A stretch of DNA of 64,000 nt, from the NCBI GenBank assembly GCA_964475955.1, contig CAYYZY010000019.1, forward strand, positions 22 to 64,021. The letters are read 5' to 3'. This document shows positions 17,900 through 27,199 of this stretch, piece by piece. This DNA is from an uncultured Planctomycetaceae bacterium. Lineage in GTDB: Bacteria > Planctomycetota > Planctomycetia > Pirellulales > Thermoguttaceae. Below the pieces are notes generated by a model. It did not search any database and was not told where the DNA came from. It was given only the letters and a program-made list of their open reading frames with translations. Both the position numbers and the translations under genes were made by a program. Positions within the stretch are counted from its first letter, which is position 1, and every line of letters starts with the position of its first letter.

Positions 17900-18516
17900 G
17901 CGCCTTTCGCCCGGGAGCGAGCCGGCTGGATCGCGATCGGGTGATGTTCCTGGCGGGCCGGGCTTCGGTCGGGCGCGAGGCGGCGTCGCCGGCGCGCCGA
18001 GCGGTCGGCTGGGGGTGGCCTGCGGTCCTGGCCTCGATGACGGCCATTGCCGGCTGCCTGGCGGTGGCGCTAGTGGTCGAGCATCTTCGCAACACCCCCT
18101 CGCCGGGCGGTTCGGGGTTGGCCGTGCAAGAAAGGCCCGACGTCGGCGAGCCGGATCGCGATCGGGCACGCGCGGGCCCCGAGGAGGATCCGGCCGATGG
18201 CGACGACCGCGAAACGCCGCCCGTCGAGCCGCGTCGCGTGTTCTGGCCCGCCGCAACCGAAACGGGGACGTGGACGGCGCGGCCGCCGCGGCGGGACGCC
18301 CCCGAGCGGTCCCTCGCGCAGTTGGCTGGCCGCCGCTTCGAAGCGCGCGAAAAAAGAGAGGGTCCGCCGGGTTCCTTCGGGCCGCCTGCGGAGCCCGACG
18401 CGCCGCCGGCGCCGCGCTCCTACGTCGAGCGTCGCCGCATGTTGCTGGAAGAACTGGAGTGTATGTACGAAACCTCGGCCGAACCGTCGATTCGGCGTCA
18501 GCCAACCGGAGTATGA
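17848..18516 (+). CDS. Putative anti-sigma factor / single-pass membrane protein
   Basis: ATG 17848 (MHESEQERELAAWAARL) lies within ORF 17449..18516 and overlaps the sigma gene 3' end. One TM segment (WGWPAVLASMTAIAGCLAVALVV) and a Pro/Arg-rich C-terminal part. The call rests on position next to the ECF sigma. Confidence 0.55.
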   Translation: MHESEQERELAAWAARLSAFRPGASRLDRDRVMFLAGRASVGREAASPARRAVGWGWPAVLASMTAIAGCLAVALVVEHLRNTPSPGGSGLAVQERPDVGEPDRDRARAGPEEDPADGDDRETPPVEPRRVFWPAATETGTWTARPPRRDAPERSLAQLAGRRFEAREKREGPPGSFGPPAEPDAPPAPRSYVERRRMLLEELECMYETSAEPSIRRQPTGV

Positions 18517-18519
18517 CCG

Positions 18520-19959
18520 ATGAAGAGGAACGTGCGGACGTTCTTGTGGCTGCTGGCCGCAGTCGGCGTGATCGCTGCGGCGCGTTGGCCGGCCGGCCGA
18601 TTGCTGGGTGCCGAGAAGGAGCCGGTGCGGATCGTGCTGCCCCCGGCGCCCCCAACGCAGCCGTCGCTGAAATACCAACTCCTTCCGACGCTCTACGAGC
18701 GGCGGCCGGGCAACGCGAGCGTGTTCTACGGTCGGGTGAAGGCGGAGCAGACGGCGTTCTTCAACAGCGAGGAGATCTGGAAGAGCATCTACCGTGCTTT
18801 GGAGGCGCCGCTGGAGGAACTCCGCGACATGGAGCACATTCTCCGCAACCAGGATGGAGCCATCTTCCGGAACCTGGAGCGGGGCGGCCAGTGCGAAGAC
18901 GCCGACTGGCAGTATCCGGCCGAGGAGGAGCGATTCAACACCCTCCTCCCCGACGCCCAAGAGCAACGGCAGTTCGCCCGGCTGCTGGTGGCCGACGCAC
19001 GTGGTCGAATCGCGCGCGGCGACCATGAGGGGGCGTTGCGCTCGCTCAGGGTGGGCTACGCCATGGCGCACCACACGGCCGATGCTCCGTTCATCGTGAT
19101 GGGGCTGATCGGCGTGGCCATCGGCGACATGATGTCGGAATGCGTGTTGGAATTGATCCAGCAGCCCGGGGCGCCGAATCTCTACTGGTCCCTCACCTAT
19201 CTGCCCCAGCCATTCCTCGACACCCGGCCCATGTACGAAGGCGAGATGCTCGCCATGCGGTATGCGTTTCCCCAATTGCACAGTGCCGACTTCTCCTTCT
19301 CGGACCCCGAGTACTGGCGCCGACAGCTCGAGGAAATAGGCCAACTACACGCCGAGTACTCGAGCGACTATCGCGGGAAGGCGCCGGAGGAACAAGCGCG
19401 TTTCCGTAGAGAGATCCTCTTGCGCATCTTGCGGGGCTACCCGCTGGCCAAGCGAGCGCTCGTGGAACAGGGGATGACGCGGGAAGAGGTGGAAGCGATG
19501 GCCGTGGGGCAGGTCATTCTCCTGCACGCCGCCCGGCAATCCGACGAGTTCCGCGACGAGTTTCTCAAGTGCATCTCGCTGCCTCACTGGGAGGCGATAC
19601 CCCACATGCGCGAGATGGAAGAGCGTCTGTCGCGGGGCCGCCGTCGATGGGAAGAGGCGATTCCCTTGAACGAGTCGTATTTTCCCGCCCTCCCGGCGGC
19701 GGAGACGGCGTTTGCACGCCTCGATCGCCGGTTCGCTCTGCTGCGGGTGTTCGAGGCGCTGCGGCTCTACGGCGCCGAGCACGAAGGCCGACTGCCCGAG
19801 CGGCTGGACGACTTGAGCGTGCCGGTCCCCATCGACGCGGTCACCGGCGCGCCGTTCACGTATCGAGTCGAGGGGGGCGTGGCCCACGTGGAGGGATCGC
19901 CGCTACCGGGCAGGCCGTGCCGGTATGAGGTCCGTCTGGCTTCCGAAGACACGCGGTAA
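18520..19959 (+). CDS. Hypothetical secreted protein (helical-repeat-like)
   Basis: 479 aa starting 4 nt after the previous gene. Signal-like N-terminus is MKRNVRTFLWLLAAVGVIAAA. Codon composition looks normal and no family was recognised. Confidence 0.7.
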   Translation: MKRNVRTFLWLLAAVGVIAAARWPAGRLLGAEKEPVRIVLPPAPPTQPSLKYQLLPTLYERRPGNASVFYGRVKAEQTAFFNSEEIWKSIYRALEAPLEELRDMEHILRNQDGAIFRNLERGGQCEDADWQYPAEEERFNTLLPDAQEQRQFARLLVADARGRIARGDHEGALRSLRVGYAMAHHTADAPFIVMGLIGVAIGDMMSECVLELIQQPGAPNLYWSLTYLPQPFLDTRPMYEGEMLAMRYAFPQLHSADFSFSDPEYWRRQLEEIGQLHAEYSSDYRGKAPEEQARFRREILLRILRGYPLAKRALVEQGMTREEVEAMAVGQVILLHAARQSDEFRDEFLKCISLPHWEAIPHMREMEERLSRGRRRWEEAIPLNESYFPALPAAETAFARLDRRFALLRVFEALRLYGAEHEGRLPERLDDLSVPVPIDAVTGAPFTYRVEGGVAHVEGSPLPGRPCRYEVRLASEDTR

Positions 19960-19970
19960 GGAGAAGCGCT

Positions 19971-21506
19971 ATGCGTACGATTTTGCCTTTGCTGCTGGCC
20001 AGCGTGGTCGTTGGGCTCGCGGCGACCGCCGGAGAGCCACCGAGTCGCACGCCTGCCGAAGAGGTCGCTCCCTTCGTCAGCGAATTGACGCGTGCGGTGG
20101 TCTACGTCGACCTGGCACGGGCCGAGGTCGACCGGCTGATCGACCTGGCCGTGCCCATCGTCCCCCAGGCGACCTACTACGCGACGACCCTGCGGGCGGA
20201 ACTGGAGCAGTGCCGGGCGGCACTTCGGGCGGCCGGTGTCGATCGGCTCTACGTGGTCGTCGGCCTGGCCAACCTGCCGCAGCAGCCGTGGTTCGTGGTG
20301 GCCCCCTGCCTGGACGACCTGGATACGGAAGCACTGAGCGAACAACTGCCGGCCGGCTTGCCCAAGCGGCTGGTCGGTTCGCGCCGTCTTACCATGGAGC
20401 GGCTGGGCCGGGGGCTCACGGGGAGCGTGCTCTTCGTCGGGCTGGAGGAGACGTTGGACCGGCTGAAGCACGAGCGGCCTCAGCCGCGGCCCGAGTTGGC
20501 GGCGGCGTTTGCGGCGTCGGGCGACGGGCCGATCCGCGCCGTGTTCCTGCCGACCGACGACGATCGCCGCGTCGTCGAAGAGCTCGTGCCGCGCTTGCCC
20601 GATTGGCTCGGCGGCGGCCCCAGCACGGTGCTCACCCGAGGGCTCCGTTGGGCGGGCGCGCGCGTCGATCTGGAGCCGGAGCCTTCGGTGCGGTTGAGGG
20701 TCGAATCGGCCGGTACGGAAGCGGCGGCGGCCTTGCACGATCAGTGCGGCGAAGTCCTCGCGGACTTGGATCGACCGAAGCCGCTTCTGCCCGAAGTCGC
20801 CGACGGCGGCCTCACGCTCACGCTGGACGGGCCCGGCGGTGGGTTGAAGGCGATTCAGGACGTGATCTCCGCCCCGCTCGCGCGCCGCTTCGTCGACCAG
20901 AGGGCGAAGGAGCAGTTGCACGATTTGGCGCTGGCGATGCACAACTGGCACGACACCCACAAGCGTTTTCTTACCCAGGCCAACTACGACGCCGCCGGCC
21001 GGCCGCTGTTGAGCTGGCGCGTTCACCTTCTGCCGTATCTGGGAAAAACAGACCTGTACGAGCAGTTCCACCTCGACGAGACCTGGGACAGCGAGCACAA
21101 CCGGAAGATGATCGAGGAAATGCCCATGGTCTACGCGATGCCCGGCTCGAAGGTGGCCCCGCTCGGACGCACCTGCTACGTGCGGCCAGTCGGCGAATCG
21201 ACGTCCTGCCCGGGCAGCCAGGCGATCAGCTTCCGCGACGTCACCGACGGCAGCAGCAACACGGTGCTGATCGTCGAAGTCGACGACGAGCACGCCGTCC
21301 CCTGGACCAAGCCCGAGGACCTCCCGTTCGACCCCAAGAACCCGGCCCGAGGTCTCGGCGGCCACGTCGAGGGCACGGCACGAACCGCCTTCTGCGACGG
21401 CGCCACGTACGTGCTCGAGAACCTGCTCACCGACCCCGATCGGCTGAACCAGCTCAAGGCCATCTTCACCCGCAACGGCGGCGAGTTGGTTCGAAGGGTG
21501 GACTGA
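19971..21506 (+). CDS. DUF1559-domain protein lacking the usual prepilin-type N-terminus
   Basis: 511 aa. The C-terminal third carries the DUF1559 hallmark LSWRVHLLPYLGKTDLYEQFHLDETWDSEHNRKM and ...ISFRDVTDGSSNTVLIVEV. The N-terminus is a Sec-type signal (MRTILPLLLASVVVGLAA) plus a ~330-aa unrelated domain. Confidence 0.75.
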   Translation: MRTILPLLLASVVVGLAATAGEPPSRTPAEEVAPFVSELTRAVVYVDLARAEVDRLIDLAVPIVPQATYYATTLRAELEQCRAALRAAGVDRLYVVVGLANLPQQPWFVVAPCLDDLDTEALSEQLPAGLPKRLVGSRRLTMERLGRGLTGSVLFVGLEETLDRLKHERPQPRPELAAAFAASGDGPIRAVFLPTDDDRRVVEELVPRLPDWLGGGPSTVLTRGLRWAGARVDLEPEPSVRLRVESAGTEAAAALHDQCGEVLADLDRPKPLLPEVADGGLTLTLDGPGGGLKAIQDVISAPLARRFVDQRAKEQLHDLALAMHNWHDTHKRFLTQANYDAAGRPLLSWRVHLLPYLGKTDLYEQFHLDETWDSEHNRKMIEEMPMVYAMPGSKVAPLGRTCYVRPVGESTSCPGSQAISFRDVTDGSSNTVLIVEVDDEHAVPWTKPEDLPFDPKNPARGLGGHVEGTARTAFCDGATYVLENLLTDPDRLNQLKAIFTRNGGELVRRVD

Positions 21507-21775
21507 AGGCGACGGCGCTTCGGGCGGTTCTCGCGGCGCGTCGTGACGGCGTCGACCGGCCGTTCACACCAACCCGAAGCGCGAGCGAGGAGCAACGCCA
21601 CTCTCACACCCACCCCCGCAACAGACCGTTACGCATGGGTCTCGTCGACCTCGACCCACTCACGAGGTCGCACGGTTGGGCCGCACGAACGCCGTGTTGA
21701 CTTCCGGCCTACGCGAGGTTACTGGTGGGGTACGGTGGAAATGGCAAGCCGAAGCTCTGGCGAGGAGGGATCGCG

Positions 21776-23083
21776 ATGAGAATGCGTCGAGCGGAGTGGG
21801 TTGGCCGGGCGGTTGTTGGCCTGGCGGTGCTGGTCTTGGCGTCGCAGGCTTCGGCGGCCGAAGCGAGGCCGAACATCGTGCTGATCCTGGCCGACGATCT
21901 GGGCTGCGAGACGCTCGGCTGCTACGGCGGCAGCTCCTACCGCACGCCGAACGTCGACCGGCTGGCCGCCACCGGAATGCGGCTCCGCCACGGATACAGC
22001 ATGCCGGTCTGCCATCCGACGCGGACCACGATCCTCACCGGCCGGTACCCCTTCCAAATGGGCACGCCCGGCTGGGGCAAGTTTCCCAAGAAGTACGAGA
22101 AACGGACCTTCGCCCACGTGATGCGGCGGGTCGGCTACGCCACGGCCATCGCCGGCAAGTGGCAGTTGATCCTTTTGGGCCGCAACCCGCAGCACCCGCA
22201 CCAGTTGGGCTTCGACGAGTACAGCCTCTTCGGCTGGCACGAAGGAGCCCGGTATTACGCCCCCTACATCTGGCAGAACGGCGAGCGCCGCGAGGGGCTG
22301 GAGGACCGCTACGGGCCCGACGTCTACACGGAGTTCCTCATCGACTTCATGACCCGAAACCGCGAGCGGTCGTTCGTGGCCTACTACTCGATGGCGCTGT
22401 GCCACGACGTGACCGACGACCTCGACGCGCCCGTCCCGTTCGGCCCCCACGGCCGGTACGACTCGTACAAGGAGATGGTCGAGGCGATGGACGTTCGCGT
22501 GGGGCGGATCGTCGACGCGGTCGACCGGCTGGGGCTCCGCGAGAAGACGCTGATCCTGTTCACCGGCGACAACGGCACGCCGCGAAGCTACATCGCCACG
22601 GCCGTCGACGGGAAGCTGGTGCGCGAGCCGATCGTCTCCAAACGGAACGGCGAGGAGGTCCGCGGCGGCAAGGGGAGCCTGACCGACGCCGGCACGCGCG
22701 TCCCCCTGATCGCCAACTGGAAAGGGACCACGCCGGCCGGGGCGGTGGTCGACGACCTGGTCGACTTCAGCGATCTCTTGCCCACCTTCGCCGAGCTGGG
22801 CGGAGCTCGGCTGCCGGAGGACGTCGAGCTCGTCGGCCAAAGCTTTGCCCCGCGGCTGCGCGGCGAGGAGGTCCCGGGCCGGCCGTGGGTCTACGCCGGC
22901 CTGCGGGGGAAGTACTGGGTCCGAACCCAGTGCTGGAAGCTCTACGGCGACGACCGGCTGTTCGACATCGAGAACGACCCCGCCGAGAAGCACCCCATTC
23001 CCAAAGCCGATGCTCCGCCCGAGGCCGCCGCCGCCCGACGCGAGCTCCGGGCCGTGCTCGACGATCTGCGGCCGGGCAAGTGA
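21776..23083 (+). CDS. Sulfatase (arylsulfatase A family)
   Basis: ORF 21725..23083; likely ATG 21776 (GAGGAGGG upstream). PNIVLILADDLGCETLGCYG, with the formylglycine motif CHPTRTTILTGRYP (C-x-P-x-R). Confidence 0.9.
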   Translation: MRMRRAEWVGRAVVGLAVLVLASQASAAEARPNIVLILADDLGCETLGCYGGSSYRTPNVDRLAATGMRLRHGYSMPVCHPTRTTILTGRYPFQMGTPGWGKFPKKYEKRTFAHVMRRVGYATAIAGKWQLILLGRNPQHPHQLGFDEYSLFGWHEGARYYAPYIWQNGERREGLEDRYGPDVYTEFLIDFMTRNRERSFVAYYSMALCHDVTDDLDAPVPFGPHGRYDSYKEMVEAMDVRVGRIVDAVDRLGLREKTLILFTGDNGTPRSYIATAVDGKLVREPIVSKRNGEEVRGGKGSLTDAGTRVPLIANWKGTTPAGAVVDDLVDFSDLLPTFAELGGARLPEDVELVGQSFAPRLRGEEVPGRPWVYAGLRGKYWVRTQCWKLYGDDRLFDIENDPAEKHPIPKADAPPEAAAARRELRAVLDDLRPGK

Positions 23084-23181
23084 CGCTCGTTCCCTTTTCG
23101 CCCCGCTTGGATAGATGCAGGGTGGGTCGAGGTACGAGCCCCCCGCGCTCAACGTCGCCGCAAGATTGGGAGGGACGACCG

Positions 23182-25149
23182 ATGAACGACCGCTTGTTTC
23201 CGTCGATTCTTGCGTTTCTGTTGCTGTGCCCGCCGGCCCCCGCGGCCTCCGCGGCCGACGCGCCCGTGATGCCGCTGCGGCTTCCGGCGGAAAGCCGTGC
23301 GGGCGTGGAGCCGGTGCAGGCGCGGATCTACGGGGCGGTCCAGCGCCAGGCCCACCATCTGCTCGCCCGCGTACACCCCTGGGGCAAGGACCCCAGCCTG
23401 CTGTTGGCGACTGAGAGCAAGAGCGGCGAACACTGGATTCGCCCCAATACGGGCCTGATCGAGGGGCTGGCCTTCCTCTACCGGTTCGGCCCGTACGACG
23501 AAGAAGTGGTCGGCCGTCCCCGCCGCGAGCTGCTCGACGACGTGATCCTGCCGATGATGCGCTACTGCGTGGTCACGCACCGAACGGGCCAGCGCGTGAC
23601 CGGCGACGGCAAGCCGTGGGGCGACGCCTGGCAGTCGGCCCATTGGGCCCATATGCTCGGCCACGCCGCCTGGTGGATCTGGGACGACCTGCCCGACGAC
23701 CTTCGCCGGGGCGTGCGGCGGCTGGTCGCCCATGAGGCCGATCGGATCGCCGCGGCAGAGCCTCCGCACCAGCTTCGGCGCGACACCAAAGCCGAGGAGA
23801 ACGCCTGGAACAGCCAGATCCTCTCGGTCGCCGTGCTCATCCTGCCGGAGGACCCGCGCCGGCCGACCTGGGAGCGGGCGTTTCAGAAATGGGCCCTTTC
23901 GGCGCTATTGCGTCCGGCCGACGCGACCTCGCAGAAGGTGGTCGACGGTCGGCCCGTCGCCGAGCAATTCACCGGCGCGAACGTGTTCGACGACTACACG
24001 ATGGAGAACCACGGCTTCGTCCATCCCGATTACATGACCACGTTCAGCCTCTCGCTGGGCTGCGCGCTCCACTACACGCTGAGCGGCCGCCGCCCGCCCG
24101 AGGCGCTTTTGCACAATGTGCGGGGCATCTACGAGAACTTGAAGTGGTTCGCCCTGCCCGACGGCGGGTTCTTCTACCCCAACGGGCAGGACTGGGAGCT
24201 GTTCCGCAACCCCGTGTGGTACTACAAGCACGTGCTGATGGCCGTCTACGCCCACGACCCCGACGCCTGGGCCCTGGCCGGCGATACGCTCGACACGCTC
24301 GAGAAGATGCAGGCGCGGCACGCCTCGGGCAACGTGTACGGGTCCGACGAGTTCTTCTTCCCCTCGGCCCCCACCGACCTGTTCCGCTACCTGGGCCACG
24401 CCTGGCTCGTCCTCCAGGCGGCCGAACCGTTCCCCGACGCGCCGCGGCCGCGCCTCGGCGTCCGGCGCCTCGACTCGGCCAAGGTCGTTTTGCACCGTAC
24501 GCCCAAGGCGGTCCATTCCTTGAGCTGGGGGGCGAAGGTGATGGCCCTTTGCGCGCCGCTGCGGCCCGACCGGATCGTCGCGCCGCACCAGGCCAGCGGG
24601 ATCGGCCACGTGTGCGTCGAGGGCCGCAAGAAGCCGCTCCCGGTCCGCCTTGGCGAGGTTCGCGTAAACACGGCCGACGACGCGTTCGCCGCCGACCTCG
24701 CGGTCGACCATGGCGAGAACCTGGTCCGCGCGGAGCTGCGGATCGCATCCGACGCGCACGGCACGTTCACCCTCCGCGAGAAGCTCGTGGCCGCGGCCGA
24801 CGTGACCACGACCGAGATCGCCACCGGCCTGATCGGCGTGCTCAACAACCCGAACTGGGTCTACGAGCGCGGCCGCCGCGAGATCGCGTTGGACGGCCGT
24901 CGCGAAGTCGTCCCCGCCTTGAGCGGGCGCGCGCTCGCCCGAAGCGGCGTGCGGCGGCTGGAGATCGACGGCGTGCTCCGCCTCGAAAGCGACCGCCCGT
25001 TGGAGGTCCGCTACGTGGGAGCTAAGGCCCCTATCCGCGGCCGGGCCACCGACGAGCTGTATCTGAACTACCTCGGCGGTCGCCGGAGCTGGCGCGCAGG
25101 CGAGGTGATCTCCCAGTTCGAGGTCCGCGTGGAGTGCGCGGGGGAGTGA
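23182..25149 (+). CDS. Hypothetical secreted protein, possibly polysaccharide lyase/hydrolase-like
   Basis: ATG 23182 (GGGAGGGA upstream) within ORF 21676..25149, giving MNDRLFPSILAFLLLCPPAPAASAA signal and 655 aa. The upstream part of the listed ORF overlaps the sulfatase out of frame. Function is inferred only weakly, from the sulfatase neighbour. Confidence 0.6.
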   Translation: MNDRLFPSILAFLLLCPPAPAASAADAPVMPLRLPAESRAGVEPVQARIYGAVQRQAHHLLARVHPWGKDPSLLLATESKSGEHWIRPNTGLIEGLAFLYRFGPYDEEVVGRPRRELLDDVILPMMRYCVVTHRTGQRVTGDGKPWGDAWQSAHWAHMLGHAAWWIWDDLPDDLRRGVRRLVAHEADRIAAAEPPHQLRRDTKAEENAWNSQILSVAVLILPEDPRRPTWERAFQKWALSALLRPADATSQKVVDGRPVAEQFTGANVFDDYTMENHGFVHPDYMTTFSLSLGCALHYTLSGRRPPEALLHNVRGIYENLKWFALPDGGFFYPNGQDWELFRNPVWYYKHVLMAVYAHDPDAWALAGDTLDTLEKMQARHASGNVYGSDEFFFPSAPTDLFRYLGHAWLVLQAAEPFPDAPRPRLGVRRLDSAKVVLHRTPKAVHSLSWGAKVMALCAPLRPDRIVAPHQASGIGHVCVEGRKKPLPVRLGEVRVNTADDAFAADLAVDHGENLVRAELRIASDAHGTFTLREKLVAAADVTTTEIATGLIGVLNNPNWVYERGRREIALDGRREVVPALSGRALARSGVRRLEIDGVLRLESDRPLEVRYVGAKAPIRGRATDELYLNYLGGRRSWRAGEVISQFEVRVECAGE

Positions 25150-25519
25150 GGAACGGCCCGGCGGTCGCCTCGGCACCTTGCACGTCGGCTCTCGGGCCCC
25201 TGGGACGGGAGGGACGGCGGAACGGATTGAGCGGATCTTCGTTGCTTCCCGGCTACTGCTAAGCGGGGATCGCTTCGCGTCCGGGGACGAATCCCGATCG
25301 TTTTGGAAAGATTTGCTCCCGGCGGGCGGGGAATTCGAGGCCCCCCGGCCGGCTTGCAGCGGACCGTCGCGTGGACTACGATAGGGCGTATCGAGAGCTT
25401 TCCGGCAAGAGGCGCTCGGCGCGAGCCCCTCGCGCGGTTGAAGCGGCCGTCCCCGGCCGACGCATCTTGCCCACAGCGAGCCCACCCCCGAACACTCGAC
25501 CCCCCTCGGAGACCAAACC

Positions 25520-26827
25520 ATGCAGAACCAGTCGAATCTCAGTCGGCGCGATTTTCTCGGGATTTCCGGCGCGGGCGCCCTGGCCCTTTCCTGCGGCGTG
25601 TGGAGCGAGGCGGCCGAGTCGCCCTCCAACTCGCCCAACGAGAAGTTGAACATCGGCTGCGTGGGCACGGCGAATCGGGCGGCGGGCGACATCAACGGGG
25701 TGAAGGGCGAGAACATCGTCGCCCTGTGCGACGTCGACAAGAACTACCTCGACCGGGCACAAAAGCAGTTCCCCGAAGCCCGAACCTACGCCGACTACCG
25801 CGAGATGATCGACAAGGAGAAGGGCAAGCTCGACGCCGTCGTGGTGGCCACGGCCGACCACAATCACGCCCCGGCCGTGATGCGGGCGATCCGGGCCGGG
25901 ATGCACGTCTACTGCGAGAAGCCGCTCACGCACACGGTCGAAGAGGTGTCCCTGGTCGCCGAGGCGGCCAAGAAGCACGGCGTGGCCACCCAAATGGGAA
26001 CGCAGATCCACGCCACGGAGAACTACCGGCGCGTGGTCGAGGTCATCCAGGCCGGCGCGATCGGCGACGTGACCGAAGTGCACGTTTGGGTGGGTAAGGC
26101 GTGGGGAGGGGGCGATCGCCCTGAAGGCGAGCAGGAGCCGCCCGAAAACCTCAATTGGGACCTCTGGCTCGGCCCGGCCCCGTGGCGCCCCTACTGGCCC
26201 GGCAAGTATCACCCGGGACAATGGCGCCGCTGGTGGGACTTCGGGCAAGGCACGCTCGGCGACATGGCCTGCCACTACGTGGACCTCCCATTCTGGGCCC
26301 TCAAGCTCCGCCACCCGGTCACCTGCGAGGCGGAAGGCCCCGAGGTCCACCCGGAAACCTGCCCGCTCGGCCTGATCGTCCGCTACCAGTTCCCCGAGCG
26401 CGAGAGTCTTCCCCCGGTGAAGCTCACCTGGTACGACGGGAACCTCATCCCCCGCGAGGTAGCCGGCGAGCGCGTGCCGGGCTCCGGCGTGATGTTCATC
26501 GGCAGCGAGGGGAAGATGTACGCCAACTACACGAACTACAAGCTCTTCCCCGCCGAGAAGTTCGCCGGTTTCGAGCCGCCGGCGCCCAGCATTCCCCGCT
26601 CCATCGGCCACCACGCCGAATGGATCAAGGCCTGCAAGGACGGCTCCCCCACCACCTGCAACTTCGACTACTCCGGCGCGCTGACCGAGGCGGTGCTGCT
26701 GGGGAACGTCGCCTTCCGCACCGGCCGGAAGCTCGAGTGGGACGCCCAAAGCCTCAAGGCCACCAACTGCCCCGAGGCCGACAAGTACATCCGCAAAGAG
26801 TACCGCGAAGGCTGGGAGATCGTGTAA
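25520..26827 (+). CDS. Gfo/Idh/MocA-family oxidoreductase with Tat signal (third copy)
   Basis: MQNQSNLSRRDFLGISGAGALAL, IGCVGTANRAAGD, VVVATADHNHAPAVMRAIRAGMHVYCEKPLT. Confidence 0.9.
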   Translation: MQNQSNLSRRDFLGISGAGALALSCGVWSEAAESPSNSPNEKLNIGCVGTANRAAGDINGVKGENIVALCDVDKNYLDRAQKQFPEARTYADYREMIDKEKGKLDAVVVATADHNHAPAVMRAIRAGMHVYCEKPLTHTVEEVSLVAEAAKKHGVATQMGTQIHATENYRRVVEVIQAGAIGDVTEVHVWVGKAWGGGDRPEGEQEPPENLNWDLWLGPAPWRPYWPGKYHPGQWRRWWDFGQGTLGDMACHYVDLPFWALKLRHPVTCEAEGPEVHPETCPLGLIVRYQFPERESLPPVKLTWYDGNLIPREVAGERVPGSGVMFIGSEGKMYANYTNYKLFPAEKFAGFEPPAPSIPRSIGHHAEWIKACKDGSPTTCNFDYSGALTEAVLLGNVAFRTGRKLEWDAQSLKATNCPEADKYIRKEYREGWEIV

Positions 26828-26958
26828 CGGCCGCTGGGGCCTTTCCACTAAACACCGTTCCCACGCTTTCAGGCTGTGAAAGAACCGTCGGGGGTGGTTC
26901 TTCGGCCGTTTCGGGCGGTGACGGTTTTTGACACGCTCTTCGCGTGGGGACGCGAGGG

Positions 26959-27118
26959 TCGGACGCTTCGCGTCCGAAAAGCCCAACGGCCTCTCGGGGA
27001 ACGGATTCCGCCGATGTCGGGAAGGCAAGCATCGCATATTCCGTTACGACGCGAAGCGTCGTAACGATGGACAGCCTGGAAGCGTCGCGACGACGGATTG
27101 GAGCGTCGTAGCGATGGA
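26959..27118. repeat. Hairpins and degenerate ~22-bp tandem repeats (GCGTCG core) in an intergenic region
   Basis: TCGGACGC-TTC-GCGTCCGA at 26959-26977. CGTTACGACGC-GAA-GCGTCGTAACG at 27042-27066. Then gaagcgtcgtaacgatgg / gaagcgtcgcgacgacgg / gagcgtcgtagcgatgg. Confidence 0.75.
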
Positions 27119-27199
27119 ATGTGCCCGACAGATCCTTCGCAACTCAGACTCCCCTTCGCGCCTTGGCGAGAGCCATTCCCGTCCCTCCTCCTCCCGTCT

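Noticed and set aside
21676-23181. N-terminal ~500 codons of the listed 1157-aa ORF 21676..25149; likewise the 5' extensions of ORFs 31600..35289, 44094..47057, 57335..58171 and 57817..59178
   Set aside because: These extensions overlap well-supported genes in other frames (sulfatase, ABC ATPase/permease) or cross intergenic repeats. They are Arg/Pro-rich. Internal starts with SD-like sequences and signal peptides give sensible proteins.
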